Assembly (NCBI GenBank): GCA_000934665.2
Contig: JYFJ02001085.1
Span: 1 to 64,000 of the forward strand
Direction of reading: 5' to 3'
Length of the DNA: 64,000 nt
Source of the DNA: Catajapyx aquilonaris
Taxonomy: Eukaryota
The position numbers and the translations under genes are program-made. The notes below the pieces were generated by a model, which saw only the letters and a list, made by a program, of their open reading frames with translations, was not told the origin of the DNA and searched no databases. Positions 50,465 to 62,926 of the stretch are shown here, in pieces. Within the stretch, counting starts at the first letter, position 1. Each line of letters opens with the position of its first letter.

Positions 50465-53400
50465 TACACCTTATGACTATTGCAAAAACGTCTTCAGCAT
50501 CATTGATGTTCCAGGGGCAATTCCCAAAACAAATATTTCGCAATTTCGTACGATGGATGATTAAAATGGCATCCATGAAAATTTTAACATGTAACTGTTC
50601 TAAATAAACAATAAGGATTTTAGTTCCAGAAATATCTTATTATAATGATTGTCACTTCGGGGGAACTCCTGCACGGATAGTTGCACAATTTGGCTTCATT
50701 TTAGAGCCTCCTTTGGCCATTGGGATAATTAAAACTATTGAAAAGGTGAAGCTAATAGCCTAAGGCAATAAAAATTAGGTGGATATCCGTGGATATCACC
50801 TGAGAATTTTCTCACGTACTAAATTTTGTAAAAAGGTTCTTTAAATCCACATGAAGCAGAACTGCTGAGAAAATGGTACTGGCGTTCGAAATGATAATAC
50901 ATATGTATAACCTATTTTGAAACATTGTAACTTTAAAAAATACACAAGTGACATACTGTGGTGATTAAGGCTAGGAACAACTATTTGTGAAAAAAAGGAC
51001 GGGAATCAGCCCTCTGCTCTGGTATACTGCCTCCTGCTCTTGCTATACTAATGGTCTAATGTTCCAAACTTATCATCTTCTTATTACATTGCCTGATCGT
51101 CTGTTGTACCTTCAAAGCTTATATCATACACGTTTTCCATGTTATTCCTTTCTGAGAGCATCTGAACAATGTTTCACAGGTTCCTGTACATTGTCTAGTT
51201 AAATGGCTGATCTAACCAGTCATATTTTCAGATTTTGTATTATCGTTGGTTGTTCAGGTCAGTTAGGGACTATACGAATGATATAATTACTGCATAACAG
51301 TACGAGAGAAATGACCATCGATTGCTCTTGCTATTTGTTCTCTAGCTGAAATAAAACATGTCCCAATCATACAGAATGTATACAGTATATCTTTCCACAA
51401 TAAAAAAGCCAATGCCTATATTGAGTTCCATATTGGTTGGTCATTTTCTGTATGCATATATACTGTATAGGCTACTCGGCATATACACATATCACGACAT
51501 TTCCTTATAAGGAAGATATTTAGTCAGCAATGAAGAAGTAAAAGACCCAAGTGAACTCCAATGGACCATGTTTTTCGCAAAAATGAAAGGCTTATATTTG
51601 ACATTTAAGGAAGAGCAATAATTACGTCACTGTAATTATAGATGAGTAACAAAATTGCAGCGCACCTTTCGAGTCTTCAGGCAATTATTCAATTTTCAAA
51701 TCTTGCTTTTCTGCACGAAGCATCAAAAATCAGGTATGTTAAAGCAAAGACGGTGAATGATGGAAAGACTGAAGTAAGAAGCTAAAAATCATGGTGTTAC
51801 GTGCGGAAATTGAGCTCATGCAGGAGCTACTTAGATGAGAGCCTTGCAGATGTTTTAATCTCCACATACACTTTCACAATAGGATATGATTCAGGCCCAA
51901 GACAGGAAAGTCGAACAGTTATATAGTTCATGTGCAACGCAATTTATTTTAATGACAGATTCTTTAGGGAAGGAAATTAATCGGAGACTGACACTAAAGA
52001 GAAGTATGTTTTGGATATTAATTTGAAATGTATAACCTCTCCTTTCTTATGAATTCACCCGTCCCCAGCGACACATTAGGTTTACATTATTATTAAAGAA
52101 GACTACGCCCATAATTTACTGGCCACTGAAATTATTATAAGTGACATATTTCCCTGTGGTGCATTAATTACACTATAGCCATATTAAACCACAATATGTT
52201 AGTCTAAAATCTTCTGTTGTCGTTGGTTTCAGTTGAATGGCAACAATGCAAATTCACAGGGCAATCTAGCAAATGTTATCCTTGCTAGATTCTAGAACAA
52301 CAATGTATTGTTACATTGATATGGTATTCTTACCTTTTTTCCATATACCGTACACATTGTGGACTCTTTTGCATCTTATGTAAATATATATTTTTACATT
52401 ATAAAATCAAGGTAAAAAAACTTCATCAAATCAATAATGGGCAAAAAAGCAATGTGTATTAGTAATCCTTGAAAATTATTTAGAATGTTTTTACTGCAAT
52501 AGAACATGCAGCTAAACAGTAAAGAATGCACTATTTCTAAAGGAGAAGCCTACTATTTGTCCGTGTTGTGTCTGAAAAGAATTCTGATCATAATAATAGG
52601 TTGCAATGACACGAAGAAAAAAAGGAAGCATCGTCATGTGATTATATTTCCAAGACTCGCCTCAATTTATCGTCCCAATCAATTTCAACGCACCCCCATT
52701 TTTCTGGACTTCTCTGCAAGATGCGTGTGAGCGCAACAAAATAATAGTCTTCCGAGTGGGAAAATCGAAAATATAAGACTGAGGTGTATTTGTCCTTCTT
52801 TCAGCACTTGGAAGTAATAATTTTCTTATCTGGTTCTCTCCCCAATTTAAAAAAAAAATGAAATCATTGTTATGGCCAAAAGGGGCGCCATTCAGGCATT
52901 GCCCTTCAGCTATTTTCTGTAAGCATTCTATAACATACCACTTCGAAAATGAATGCAATTAGTAAACAATTTGATTTCGTCTAAGAATGCAAATTATTTC
53001 ATTCAGTATTACAATTGCATTATGGTATTAAAGTAATTTCACTTTTCACTATTGAAAATTAGTTATTGTTTTTTCATAAACAAGACAACATAAAACATTA
53101 ATTGGAAACTATATTGCCTATTGAATTATTTAAAATATTGGAAATTGTTATGAAATATAACAGCATGATAGGACATGGCTCGTGTATTAGACAAATTATA
53201 TCATATGAACTCATAGACTATAGCTCATAGAATGTTCTGTTTCTTTTCCTCTATTGTCTCAAGTTTTCCACCCCCGCTCCATTCCCTAGATTTAGCGGCC
53301 TGAACATAATAAGAGGGGTCTTGGAAATGATGGGACGGAAGCGGCAGACGCGACGTTTCGGCGCCCACTACACGATTACCCAGAATGAAATTTTTTTGGC

Positions 53401-54217
53401 CTTGCTTCAGGGAGTGTAAGATATACCTTAGGTTTTTTGAGAAAGAGGCCTACTGAGAGGGGTTGGGGGGACGGAAAGTAGGGTGAAAGGGACAAGGAAA
53501 AGGTGCAGTCAAAAATTATTTCACTTTTTTTCCTTTCCGGTAGATGGCAGGAGGAGGTACATTATAAATGAACATTTGGATGTATTTGAAACTATGCATT
53601 GGGATTTAATGAGTATTTTTTTAAAAAACGGGACATTTCCTTATTCTCTTCCCCATGCTATTATGATGCGTTTGATAATTTTTTTGACTTGCATGAGTAC
53701 GTTCGACAACCTTAATGTCTTCCGAGGAATCAATCAACAGTATAGGATTAATTATTATTGTTGAGAGTGTGACAACAAACCAACCCCTCAAAAAACCTTT
53801 AGGAAATATTTACGAACCTCTGTCCACATTATTGGATTTCGTTATAGGCATTACTAAATGACATCAACTGGTCAGTGGGTGGGTGCTGACATGGAATTAG
53901 AATGAGATTCATCCTCAATTCTTAAATGTCAATCCTATTTGCCTACTGCACGTCTCATGACACATTTCCCTTCTCTTAATCCTATTATAACTTGTCGGGG
54001 AGTTGCCAAAGCACATGCTTTTTATACAGTGAGTGGTAGGGTTGTAATACTGAGGATGACATGCAAGGCCGGAAACAGCGATCAGGAAGCTGCAGTAAAT
54101 AGGCTATGCAGGCATGTGGGATTGTGTGCCCCTTGAAAAACTCATACAGACATTTGCATTATTGGCGGAAACAACAAGGAGCAACAACATGATTATGGAT
54201 CTTTTAATGTGTAATTT

Positions 54218-54279
54218 ATTTATCTGCCTAAATATTTTCTCTAGAAAATATTTAGGCAGATAAATTTAGGCAGATAAAT
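54218..54279. repeat. 23-bp perfect inverted repeat (2-bp spacer) plus 14-bp tandem duplication
   Basis: ATTTATCTGCCTAAATATTTTCT-CT-AGAAAATATTTAGGCAGATAAAT followed by a second TTAGGCAGATAAAT. Confidence 0.9.
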
Positions 54280-55220
54280 CAATTAAATTGTGACTTGACC
54301 AAATTCCTTCAGAGAAATATTGCTATAAAAATGCACATTTTTGATCTCTGTATACTCCTATTAGTTTAGTATTATTATATAATATAGGCTTTGCTTAAGG
54401 TGGAAATGAAGCGACTTGCTAATCAAATGAGAGTCTAGAATTGGAATGTTAATAAGAAGGGCTAAAATCAGGGAAACATACGCAGCCGATGCAGCAGTAA
54501 TTGCTGTTCAATCCTATGCATTCCATTCGAATCTGCGTTTTAAACTCGATTTAATATGGGCCCATTACCGGCGGCAAGTTTTTGTGCGCAGACGCAATTG
54601 TCACGGCTGCCAACTTAAACATGGTATTTGGAGGTGTGCTTAATATTTGTTATTTTTGATGGAAATCGATTTTATTCGGTCGTCAGTACGAGGTCCCAAT
54701 TTGTCGAGGCATTTTTAAAAGTTTAGTTCCGAAAGGGGAGCCTGTAGCTCTTCATTTGTGTCGGATTTGGAACACGTTCAGTTGGTACGCGTATGACAGG
54801 TAGAATCGGCAACACAGCAAAGGTCCGGGCCAATTATCGCGTAGCAGTGTGTGACGGCATTGCCGTGTGGATTCGAATCATTCGATTATTTTATTATAAT
54901 TATAACTATATAAACCAATATAACGGTTCTGACGTCTGACAAACACCCCCGCCAAACGAAAATCCTGTGTGAGCCGTTGTAAAAACCATCATACTAACTT
55001 GCACTCATATTTCGCGGTCGTATGCAACCGTATCTCGCTACCGTAAACAACGCAGTGTTGCCACTGCCTCACTCGAGTGGAGCAAGGTGACGTCACTGGA
55101 TCATTTTCGGATCGTTTTTCCGCAATACAAATTGAAAGAGCACGGTGAGGTAGGGTTTTCTTTTTGCGGTTGCGATCAGTATATAAGTCCCGACATATTC
55201 CACATTTAATTTTAAAATTC

Positions 55221-55832
55221 TCATTTACTTATGATTTTTTTGTGGACTATTGAAAATTCTGCCATAAGGGCCCATGTTAAATCGCTAACTTCTGAGCCCT
55301 CCAGTTCGCTAATTTGCACGGTGACGTGTATTTTTCTTTGCGCCATTGATAAGAGGATACAAAACTCCGTAACATATGTTTTTTTCATAAAATTCTCATT
55401 GAGTGACTCTAGCTTCATTTCCACCTTAAAGTGACAAACAAATATTTTGATGATAAATCTTCGTAATACGTTTCACAACTAAATGCATTCTTGATTCACT
55501 ATATTGTGAAGGTAAGATTAGCGTTGGGAAGTAAAAAAGAAATATGACGTAAAACCGACGCCAAAATTCGATGCCATAAGATGAACTAATTTATTGATTT
55601 GTAACAAGGAAAATTGACGCCCCAAGCGCTTCCCAGCAACAAAAATTCTTAACTCCCCACAAATTTTGAAAACCCTCCTTCTGGCGATGCCAGGTAATTG
55701 GTCATCAAAAAAATCTCCCACGAGAACAGGAAAAAATCGGTCGAGAAACATTCTGTCGATAATCTTCACCGAATCGAGTGTTACTAAAGTTGTGTCTTTC
55801 TCCGTGTTTCTGGTGTTTTCTGGTGGCTGTGT
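55221..55832 (-). CDS. Candidate spliced coding fragment or pseudogene (exons about 55832-55560 and 55424-55221), weak resemblance to the Loqs/TRBP/R2D2 C-terminal domain
   Basis: Two adjacent stop-free frames each begin directly after an AG acceptor in phase 0. A phase-0 but weak donor GGC|gtcggt at 55559 gives a 135-nt intron. ATTAAA lies about 10 nt after the TGA. The similarity is by eye only. Confidence 0.3.
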
Positions 55833-56748
55833 CTATAACGAACTAATAATACAATATATTACTTACTCAAGACTTTTTTTGTGCTGAACTGGTTAAACTC
55901 AAATAACAAAATATACTTGTATTTACTTAATTTTCACACATTTATTGCTTCATGTAAAGTCCAAGTGTGCAACTTCAATTGACACAAAACTTGTGATGTT
56001 CATTGCATTATGGTTGTTTATAGCTGAGAAGTATCTTTCAAATCAAAAAAATTACATTTCATATTTTAATGGCACTCTTTTTATGGTAAAAATAACTTAC
56101 TTATTTGAATATACATCTTTACTAAGGAAGGCCAGAAGACAACTTCCTATCCCGGATTGTAGCGATCAATCAGGGGCCAACTGATCCGGAATCCTGACGG
56201 GAAAATGATCACATGTCAGATGGGCCAAGGAAGCAGTAGCTGGCCATCTACAGGCGGCGCCATTCTTTACTACTGAATATTTATTCAGCCCGATTTACTG
56301 CCCCACCAGCTTTTCTTATAATTGCACCTCATTAAGGCAATTACATTCGTAAGATTGTCATTTGAAAATCCTCAAATTGCTGCGTTTCGGATTTGTGGTC
56401 ACAGTTCCACTAATAAATAACCATCTTCTTGGAACTCTTTACATTTTGAATGAGTAGTTTCTTCACTATTTTCTTAATGCCTTATCTTACTGAGATATCT
56501 ATTCTCACTTCCACTCTTTTTGATTGGTTTGTGATGGCACGCAACTGTAATTGTTGAAGAAGTTATTGATAAGAACACCAACAAACAACTGAGATGTTTT
56601 TTGGGTGAGGGTAATTGGGGATTAAAAGTTACTTCGCAATTAAATAACTGCTGCCATAGAAGGGATATTTGTGAAAGGATACATGATTACCCGTTGTAAA
56701 ATAAGCAAATAAGCAATGGGTTACCAACCACAGGGTCAACGAGATGAC

Positions 56749-56960
56749 ATATCACCCGGATGCCGTATCGCAGTGGTGCAGTGGCACTGAGACTGAAGTG
56801 TACCATGGCTGGGGTTACCATAGCAACCGCTAACCAGCATGGCAACGGGGTTTCCATAGCAACTTGTAACCATAGCAACCGGTAACCACGGCAACGGGTA
56901 ACGCGTAACCACGGCACCCGGGTGAGATGTCACCACGGTGATACGGCACCCGGGTGATAT
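56749..56960. mobile_element. 212-bp inverted-repeat-bounded cassette (MITE-like)
   Basis: ATATCACCCGGATGCCGTATC (56749-56769) matches the reverse complement of 56940-56960 with 1 mismatch in 21. A partial third copy lies at 56911-56928. No TSD seen. Confidence 0.6.
56814..56918. promoter_or_regulatory. Homotypic cluster of RFX X-box motifs
   Basis: GTTACCATAGCAAC (56814-56827), GTTTCCATAGCAAC (56850-56863), GTAACCATAGCAAC (56866-56879), GTAACCACGGCAAC (56882-56895), a variant GTAACCACGGCACC (56905-56918) and a half-site CATGGCAAC (56838-56846). Confidence 0.6.
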
Positions 56961-59900
56961 GGTGCATGAGGCGGTAGAGGGAGGGGGCGGCAGGGGTTGA
57001 GGTAGTTACATCCTCATTTCTATGAATCAACACTTTCAATGGTAGAAGTACTTGAAGAAGTTGTCCCGGTCCCTCCCCCCCACCGCCCCTTCCCCCTGCC
57101 CCTACCGCCCCCTTTTTTCAAGTGCGAAGAACGGGTATCGCAGCTAGTATTACCATAAAAAAAACAATAAAGATTTCAGCAAGTTCCGAGATAAATTGCT
57201 GATTCACAACATTCAGTTATTTATTTTAGCTATTTTAGCAGTTCTTAGTTTGTACCGGTAAAACGATGAAAATGGCATATTAATAACATAATTATAATCG
57301 ATTATAATACTCGTCTGATAATATAAAATATAAAATAACTAAACCTAATATTGTCAGGTACGATATTAGGACATTCAAAAAATTCTTGTATTATATACTG
57401 TAGTACACAGCAAATCGAATATGGTTATTTTATCCTCTTTTAATGATTGTGATCATCTTAATTATGTCACATTTGCTAACAACCTCGTGTACTGTGTTAT
57501 TTTCTTGTATTTACACTGCTTTGATCATTGAACTGTAAATAATGGCAGCATTTAAAAAAGAAACAAAAATATAATTGCGTATTTTAACGGCACAATGGTT
57601 TAGAAACCCTCATCTCATCGTATTCACCATCTCTAAAACACCCTAAAAATAATTCCTCCTTTACGGCACGACCGGACGCCATAAATATTCCGGAGGCGCC
57701 AGGGGGCCAGTCCCGGATTATTATCTACCAGGGGGAATCGATCCCAATTTTCTTCCCATTAAGACGCGCCGCTGCGGCTTCCACTTATCATCCACAAAAG
57801 TGTGACTAGGGATTTTTCCTGGTTTTTGTATAGAAAAAGTGTGTGTTCCTCAAATTAATTAAAATCCTATTGCAGATAAGTTCGACAATATTTATAACGA
57901 CATTAGTATAAGTATAAAATATCTCAGAAAAAGTTGTTAAAATCTTCAAGGGGACCAGATAATTACAATGTTCATAACATTCATCATTTTCGCAAAGTTT
58001 AAGTGTTTCACAGTTTATTAACAATATCTTCAATTATAATAGAAACCTTATTTAACCCCCCCCCCCNCCCCCCCCCCTATTCAGTGGCGAATGATGACGC
58101 GATGGTGAATAGACAAGTTCACCCTTTACGGTACCTTTTTATGGTGATATAAGGCGTGATTAAGTGGCCACAAAAAGAAGCATCATGCCTTCCAATTATA
58201 CCAATCTATGGCTCTGAATGAAAACAGAAGCTACACAACACAATAAATTCCTTGCTTTGGGACTTGTGAATTTTTCATGCTTATTTTATAGTGGAGGATC
58301 GTTCGTCTCCTATACTGACGCCAGACAGACTCATTGCCGACGGTACATGTTTGGACAAAAGTTACTACCAAAGAGGATATATATTTTTTTGTCGAATTTA
58401 AGAATAATTCTGTATTACATTTTAATATTATATGGAGTGTGACATAATAAATTACAACATAACTCTTCTAATACATACAAAACACAGCAAAGTTATTGAG
58501 GCTATAGGGCGACCAAAAAATACTTGACTAACTAATATTATAATTTGTTGACAATAAGTTATATTTACTTATAGCAGTTACTTTTCATAGTTAGTTTTAA
58601 AGGTTACAGCAACTACATTAGGTTACGGGTCATTCATTCCTTTTAAAACTTGCAAAGCCACGAAGTGGGTTTTGTTATTGACGTGAGATGCCAATGGTTC
58701 CAATTGAAATTCAGAGCGGTTCAGATCCTAATAGTCAGCTAATACTTTTCCCAGCAACTGTAGACGAAGCAACTGATCAAAAGTAACTACTCAAAATAAA
58801 CAGATTAGTGTCAACAAAGAGCCATATTAGATGGACAAATATTTTAGATCACCTAGTTCCTAGTAACTGATACATCAGTAATGTGTAACATCAGAATAAT
58901 ATAATTTACTAAGAGATTTTTTAAAATACTGTATTATTCAAAATCGGTTAACATGAATATCTATACGAGTAGTTTGTAACACATGGAAAGCTTCACCTTG
59001 ATATCACTTGCAGACATTAATTTTGCTATATAGCTTTTCTTCGTTCAATGATGGGGAAGCTGTAGAAGGGCGACTGTACTAGCTGTTAGCTTTTATACAA
59101 GAAATGGAGGAACCGCTTTTTTTCAGGCCTCCCTGCCAGTAGGCAATCTTCATGATTATTTGAAGGCCAAGTAATTGTTTTATGATAGGTCCATGTTCCG
59201 CATGGGGCAGTCAAGATTAATTTGCTTTCACCAGTATATGGCTATATAAGTTAGGGTATCAACCGAAGTATCAACGATCAATTTGACATTGTATACCTCA
59301 TTTCCCCCCAATTTATAAGCAAGATGCTTGTTAGTTTAAGATTGCAGAATGACATATGTATATCTAATGTAGCATTTGTGATCATATCGCCACACACATC
59401 CATTGTCATTATTGCATCCTATTCTGACCAATTCTGACGTTCAGCCTATCCTTCTCGTGTCATTGAGTGAAACTCGTCCTTATATGGGTGTTAAGGTTCG
59501 ACAAGTTCTGTAAGTCGTGAGCATCCTATTAGGATATACTGTAGATAATCTTCGGGGTCTCATACCATGTCTATGTGAATTTTATAATAGTATGATTTTA
59601 TAATAATGGTATGTGAGGACATTCAGATTTGGGTTGCAGATTTTTTAACTATCTTATATATAGTTGTAAGTGTTAGAACATAATTTCGTGAGTAAAAATA
59701 AATTGTCTCAACTAAGAAACTGCTGGACCTGCTGCCCTCATGTGTACGTAAATGATTTTATGTAAATACGCATACGACATATACGCATACGACGTATCTA
59801 TGGCATGGCTAATTACGATTATAGCATGAAAATAATTTCTTCTTGGAAATACGGAGTATATAAGCCTTCGTCTAATAATCCGACAATCATTTCAATTGGT

Positions 59901-62577
59901 AATTGCAGTTTGACCTTGCATAGTCAGAAAGCATGACGGAGAGTTTTGCTGTCACTCTTCCTGATCTCGTGCCGACGTACTTACAAAGTGCGTAGAAAAA
60001 AATTCTCGCAAAATTGTCGGCCTTGGGCTGAAAGAAGTGATGAGATTCACCTGGGGCTACGTGAATGTCCGGGACTTATTTATTACTAATTATGCCTTTC
60101 CAGCTATAATAGTCACACTTGTCATTCAGAGAGGGGTAATCATATGTGTTGGTAAGAGTGAAGTTTAACACAAACTATCATTTCTCATTCTTGTTTTTCA
60201 GGAGTCAATTTCCATATCTGTCTCATTTTTGGACAGTTGAACCCAGGAGGCGCAATTTGATGTTAACTCTTGGACATTGAATAACCAGAAAATTGTTATA
60301 GTATCTCTAACTTTTGTGTTATAAATAAGTTTGTAGTACGGTATTTTAAAAACTGTATAAATACGTACACGTATATACATACGTATATGATATTATATTA
60401 ATCAAATGGGCACTATCACACGAGAAAATGTCACATTTCATGGTAAAATAATTGAATTTAAAAGTTGCATCCTGTTTCATATACCCATTTATTTTCTAAT
60501 AATGTAATTATTTTAGTAATCTATTTCTAATATTCCAACACAAATTTTCAGTTTCAACTTCTCTCATCAAATGCGTTAAATTTTTCACTGCCACCTCCGG
60601 ACATAATTACTGTACTTAACAGGAAATGTTCGTTAGCATGTCACATTTTTTTCACTCACTCGTTTTAGAGGACAAATGGTACAATTACACGCAATAGACA
60701 AACGTTTGCTATATCCGGTGAATCCCAATGCAATTTAGGATATGGGCCTGCCTGCGGACTGTTTCAGCCATCCTTTTTCCAGTATAGTTCCCATCCGGGC
60801 CCGATTTTTAATTTCATTCTCCACACCCACTAGCTAATGATTTCTCAGATGAGAAATGAACTCCCCACTCCTTTATTGCGGAATCATGTTAGATAGGAAG
60901 GGGAGTGTCATCGCTGTAGGCTCCAATACATCGCAACCATCATTACACACGTTCAGACCACACTGAAAAATGGCACCTTTCATGCACTGCCGCCATTTTA
61001 TGTATTAAGTCCCGGAATAAGGGGGAGTGGGAGAGAAATTCATCTCTGGTATATGGGTTACACCTCTTTTCTGACCAATGAGAAGGGCTAGAGGCCGCAG
61101 AGATGGTTTCATTATTATTTTGTTCCTGAGAATTAAATTGGAGCGAACACGAAGGACACCGGGAACCCAACCACTTGTTTTCACGTATGGTGCATATATC
61201 TTTGTGTTATACCGACCACCCAGAGCCTTTACCTTTGAACCATTACAAAGGATGGGGTCGGATGCAGCTGGCACAGTAATTGGATTTCTTATTATGACCA
61301 TCTTTCGATTAAAGTTATGCGCACGCATCCACTCCCATATAGTCGCCATTGTGGCTGTTCCTAGGTGCCAAATGGCATGGCTGCCATTTGGACCATTTTT
61401 CACACTTGCATATCGCAATAACCTGTGTTTCAAATAACTGTATGGTCTGTATCTTTCGGTGCACTTCGCAGGCAAAAAAAATCTTGCACACTGTATTTAG
61501 CATAAAATAATAGTCTATATATATTTCTATGAAGGTGATATTTTCGGTGTGGTGGTATGACAGCTTTCCGGCAGGTGGAGACGAAGCTTCATTAAAGCTA
61601 TTTATTGCGCCCTTAACACTTTTATGACACCTGCCCTTTGTTAGACGTGCTTTTTTTAGGGCGATTTTATTTCTACTGATTTCGGATTTACCTTGTAGGC
61701 CTTTAGATCTCCCTTGTTGAATAACTCAAATATACTAAGACTGAAACTGAATAATGTATTGGTCCTAAACATTTCGTGTCACTTGTTTACATTGATATCC
61801 GAATTTCATGATAACTTTTGTACATTTTCTTATCATGCTACATTCAAGCATAATCTCAATGCCATGCACCCATTACCCAACCCGAGTTGCATATCATTGA
61901 AATAGAACTGACTGTGAGTGAAAGATACGACAACTGCTTGGCTTCGCGAATGTCTTATCTGCAAAGTTCCCTGCAACTATACTGACGAAAGTAAATATCA
62001 CTCTCTTTCTATATTAAAAATGTGGCTAGCTCAGAACTACTGTTTAGTTCAAATTTCATTCTGTGCAATCTGAGTTACTGAACAATGGTGACAGCCTCGA
62101 TAAACTGCATCATCCTGTTGATGGGTCGTCTTACTTGAAATGCCGGTATACTCGTGACGCCGCAATGTGACTTCAAGTGGAAGTTTCGAAAATGAGAAAT
62201 CTTACTTTTGCATCAATTGTGACTTTTCTTGGAGAATTTATTAATTGTTGCTTGGTACCACAATAATTCTTTCACTCAGATGATCAATTTGAATAATATG
62301 AATGCTCATATTATGGTCATACCATATTTGTAACATAACTAGTTAGAAATAATTCGCTTATAGCTTTTGCGCCACTGACTGAAAAAACGTGTACTATAGT
62401 AGACATTAGCGGTTATATTCAAAGTAGCACCAAAATAATAATTATGCCTGTCCGTATATCTCGGCTGTTATAGTAATATGAGCAAATAAGCTTCTCAGAT
62501 TCGCAAACCTGTCGTGACATCACAGATGTTGGTTGACATTTGGGAGTGGCATAAACCCATTTTTTTAAAAATTATGT

Positions 62578-62926
62578 GGGGGATGTGCGGTGGCCGAGAT
62601 GGTAATGTTTCGGCTTGCTGAGTGAAAGGTCACAGGTTCGATCCCCGCCTGGGAGTTCCCTTTCACCTGCGTCAGGAGGGTCTCTTACCCGCGCCTTGGA
62701 GGTGTCTGGCAACCTAACCTCCTGGGGAACAGCACATGACCCCTTTACAGACATTTACATTACACAGTATAATTATGTTCCCTTCCCAAAAATCCCTATC
62801 CTAACCACATTGTCCTTCATTCCCTGCACCGGAGTTAGAAGAAAAATAGAAAATAGAAAATATGGAATATGGTGGTAGTCCACCCCCTAACACTGACACT
62901 GTCTCATGGGGTACACCCTTAAAAAA
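62578..62926 (+). mobile_element. tRNA-derived SINE, copy 2
   Basis: A box TGGCCGAGATGG (62591-62602) and B box GGTTCGATCC (62635-62644). Long identical blocks with 12493-12841, e.g. CCTTTCACCTGCGTCAGGAGGGTCTCT and GGTGTCTGGCAACCTAACCTCCTGGGGAACAGCACAT. A-rich tail. Confidence 0.92.

Noticed and set aside
50100..52000. Stop-riddled coding-like stretches (similar impressions at about 250-590, 47900-48200, 58700-59170 and 63120-63340)
   Set aside because: Possibly ancient TE or viral fossils, but frames are broken and the resemblances (e.g. to piggyBac or Merlin N-termini) are too weak to support without a profile search.
57344..57370. miR-8-like sequence TAATATTGTCAGGTA
   Set aside because: There is a mismatch in the seed, the 3' half diverges, and only an 8-bp local stem forms rather than a pre-miRNA hairpin.
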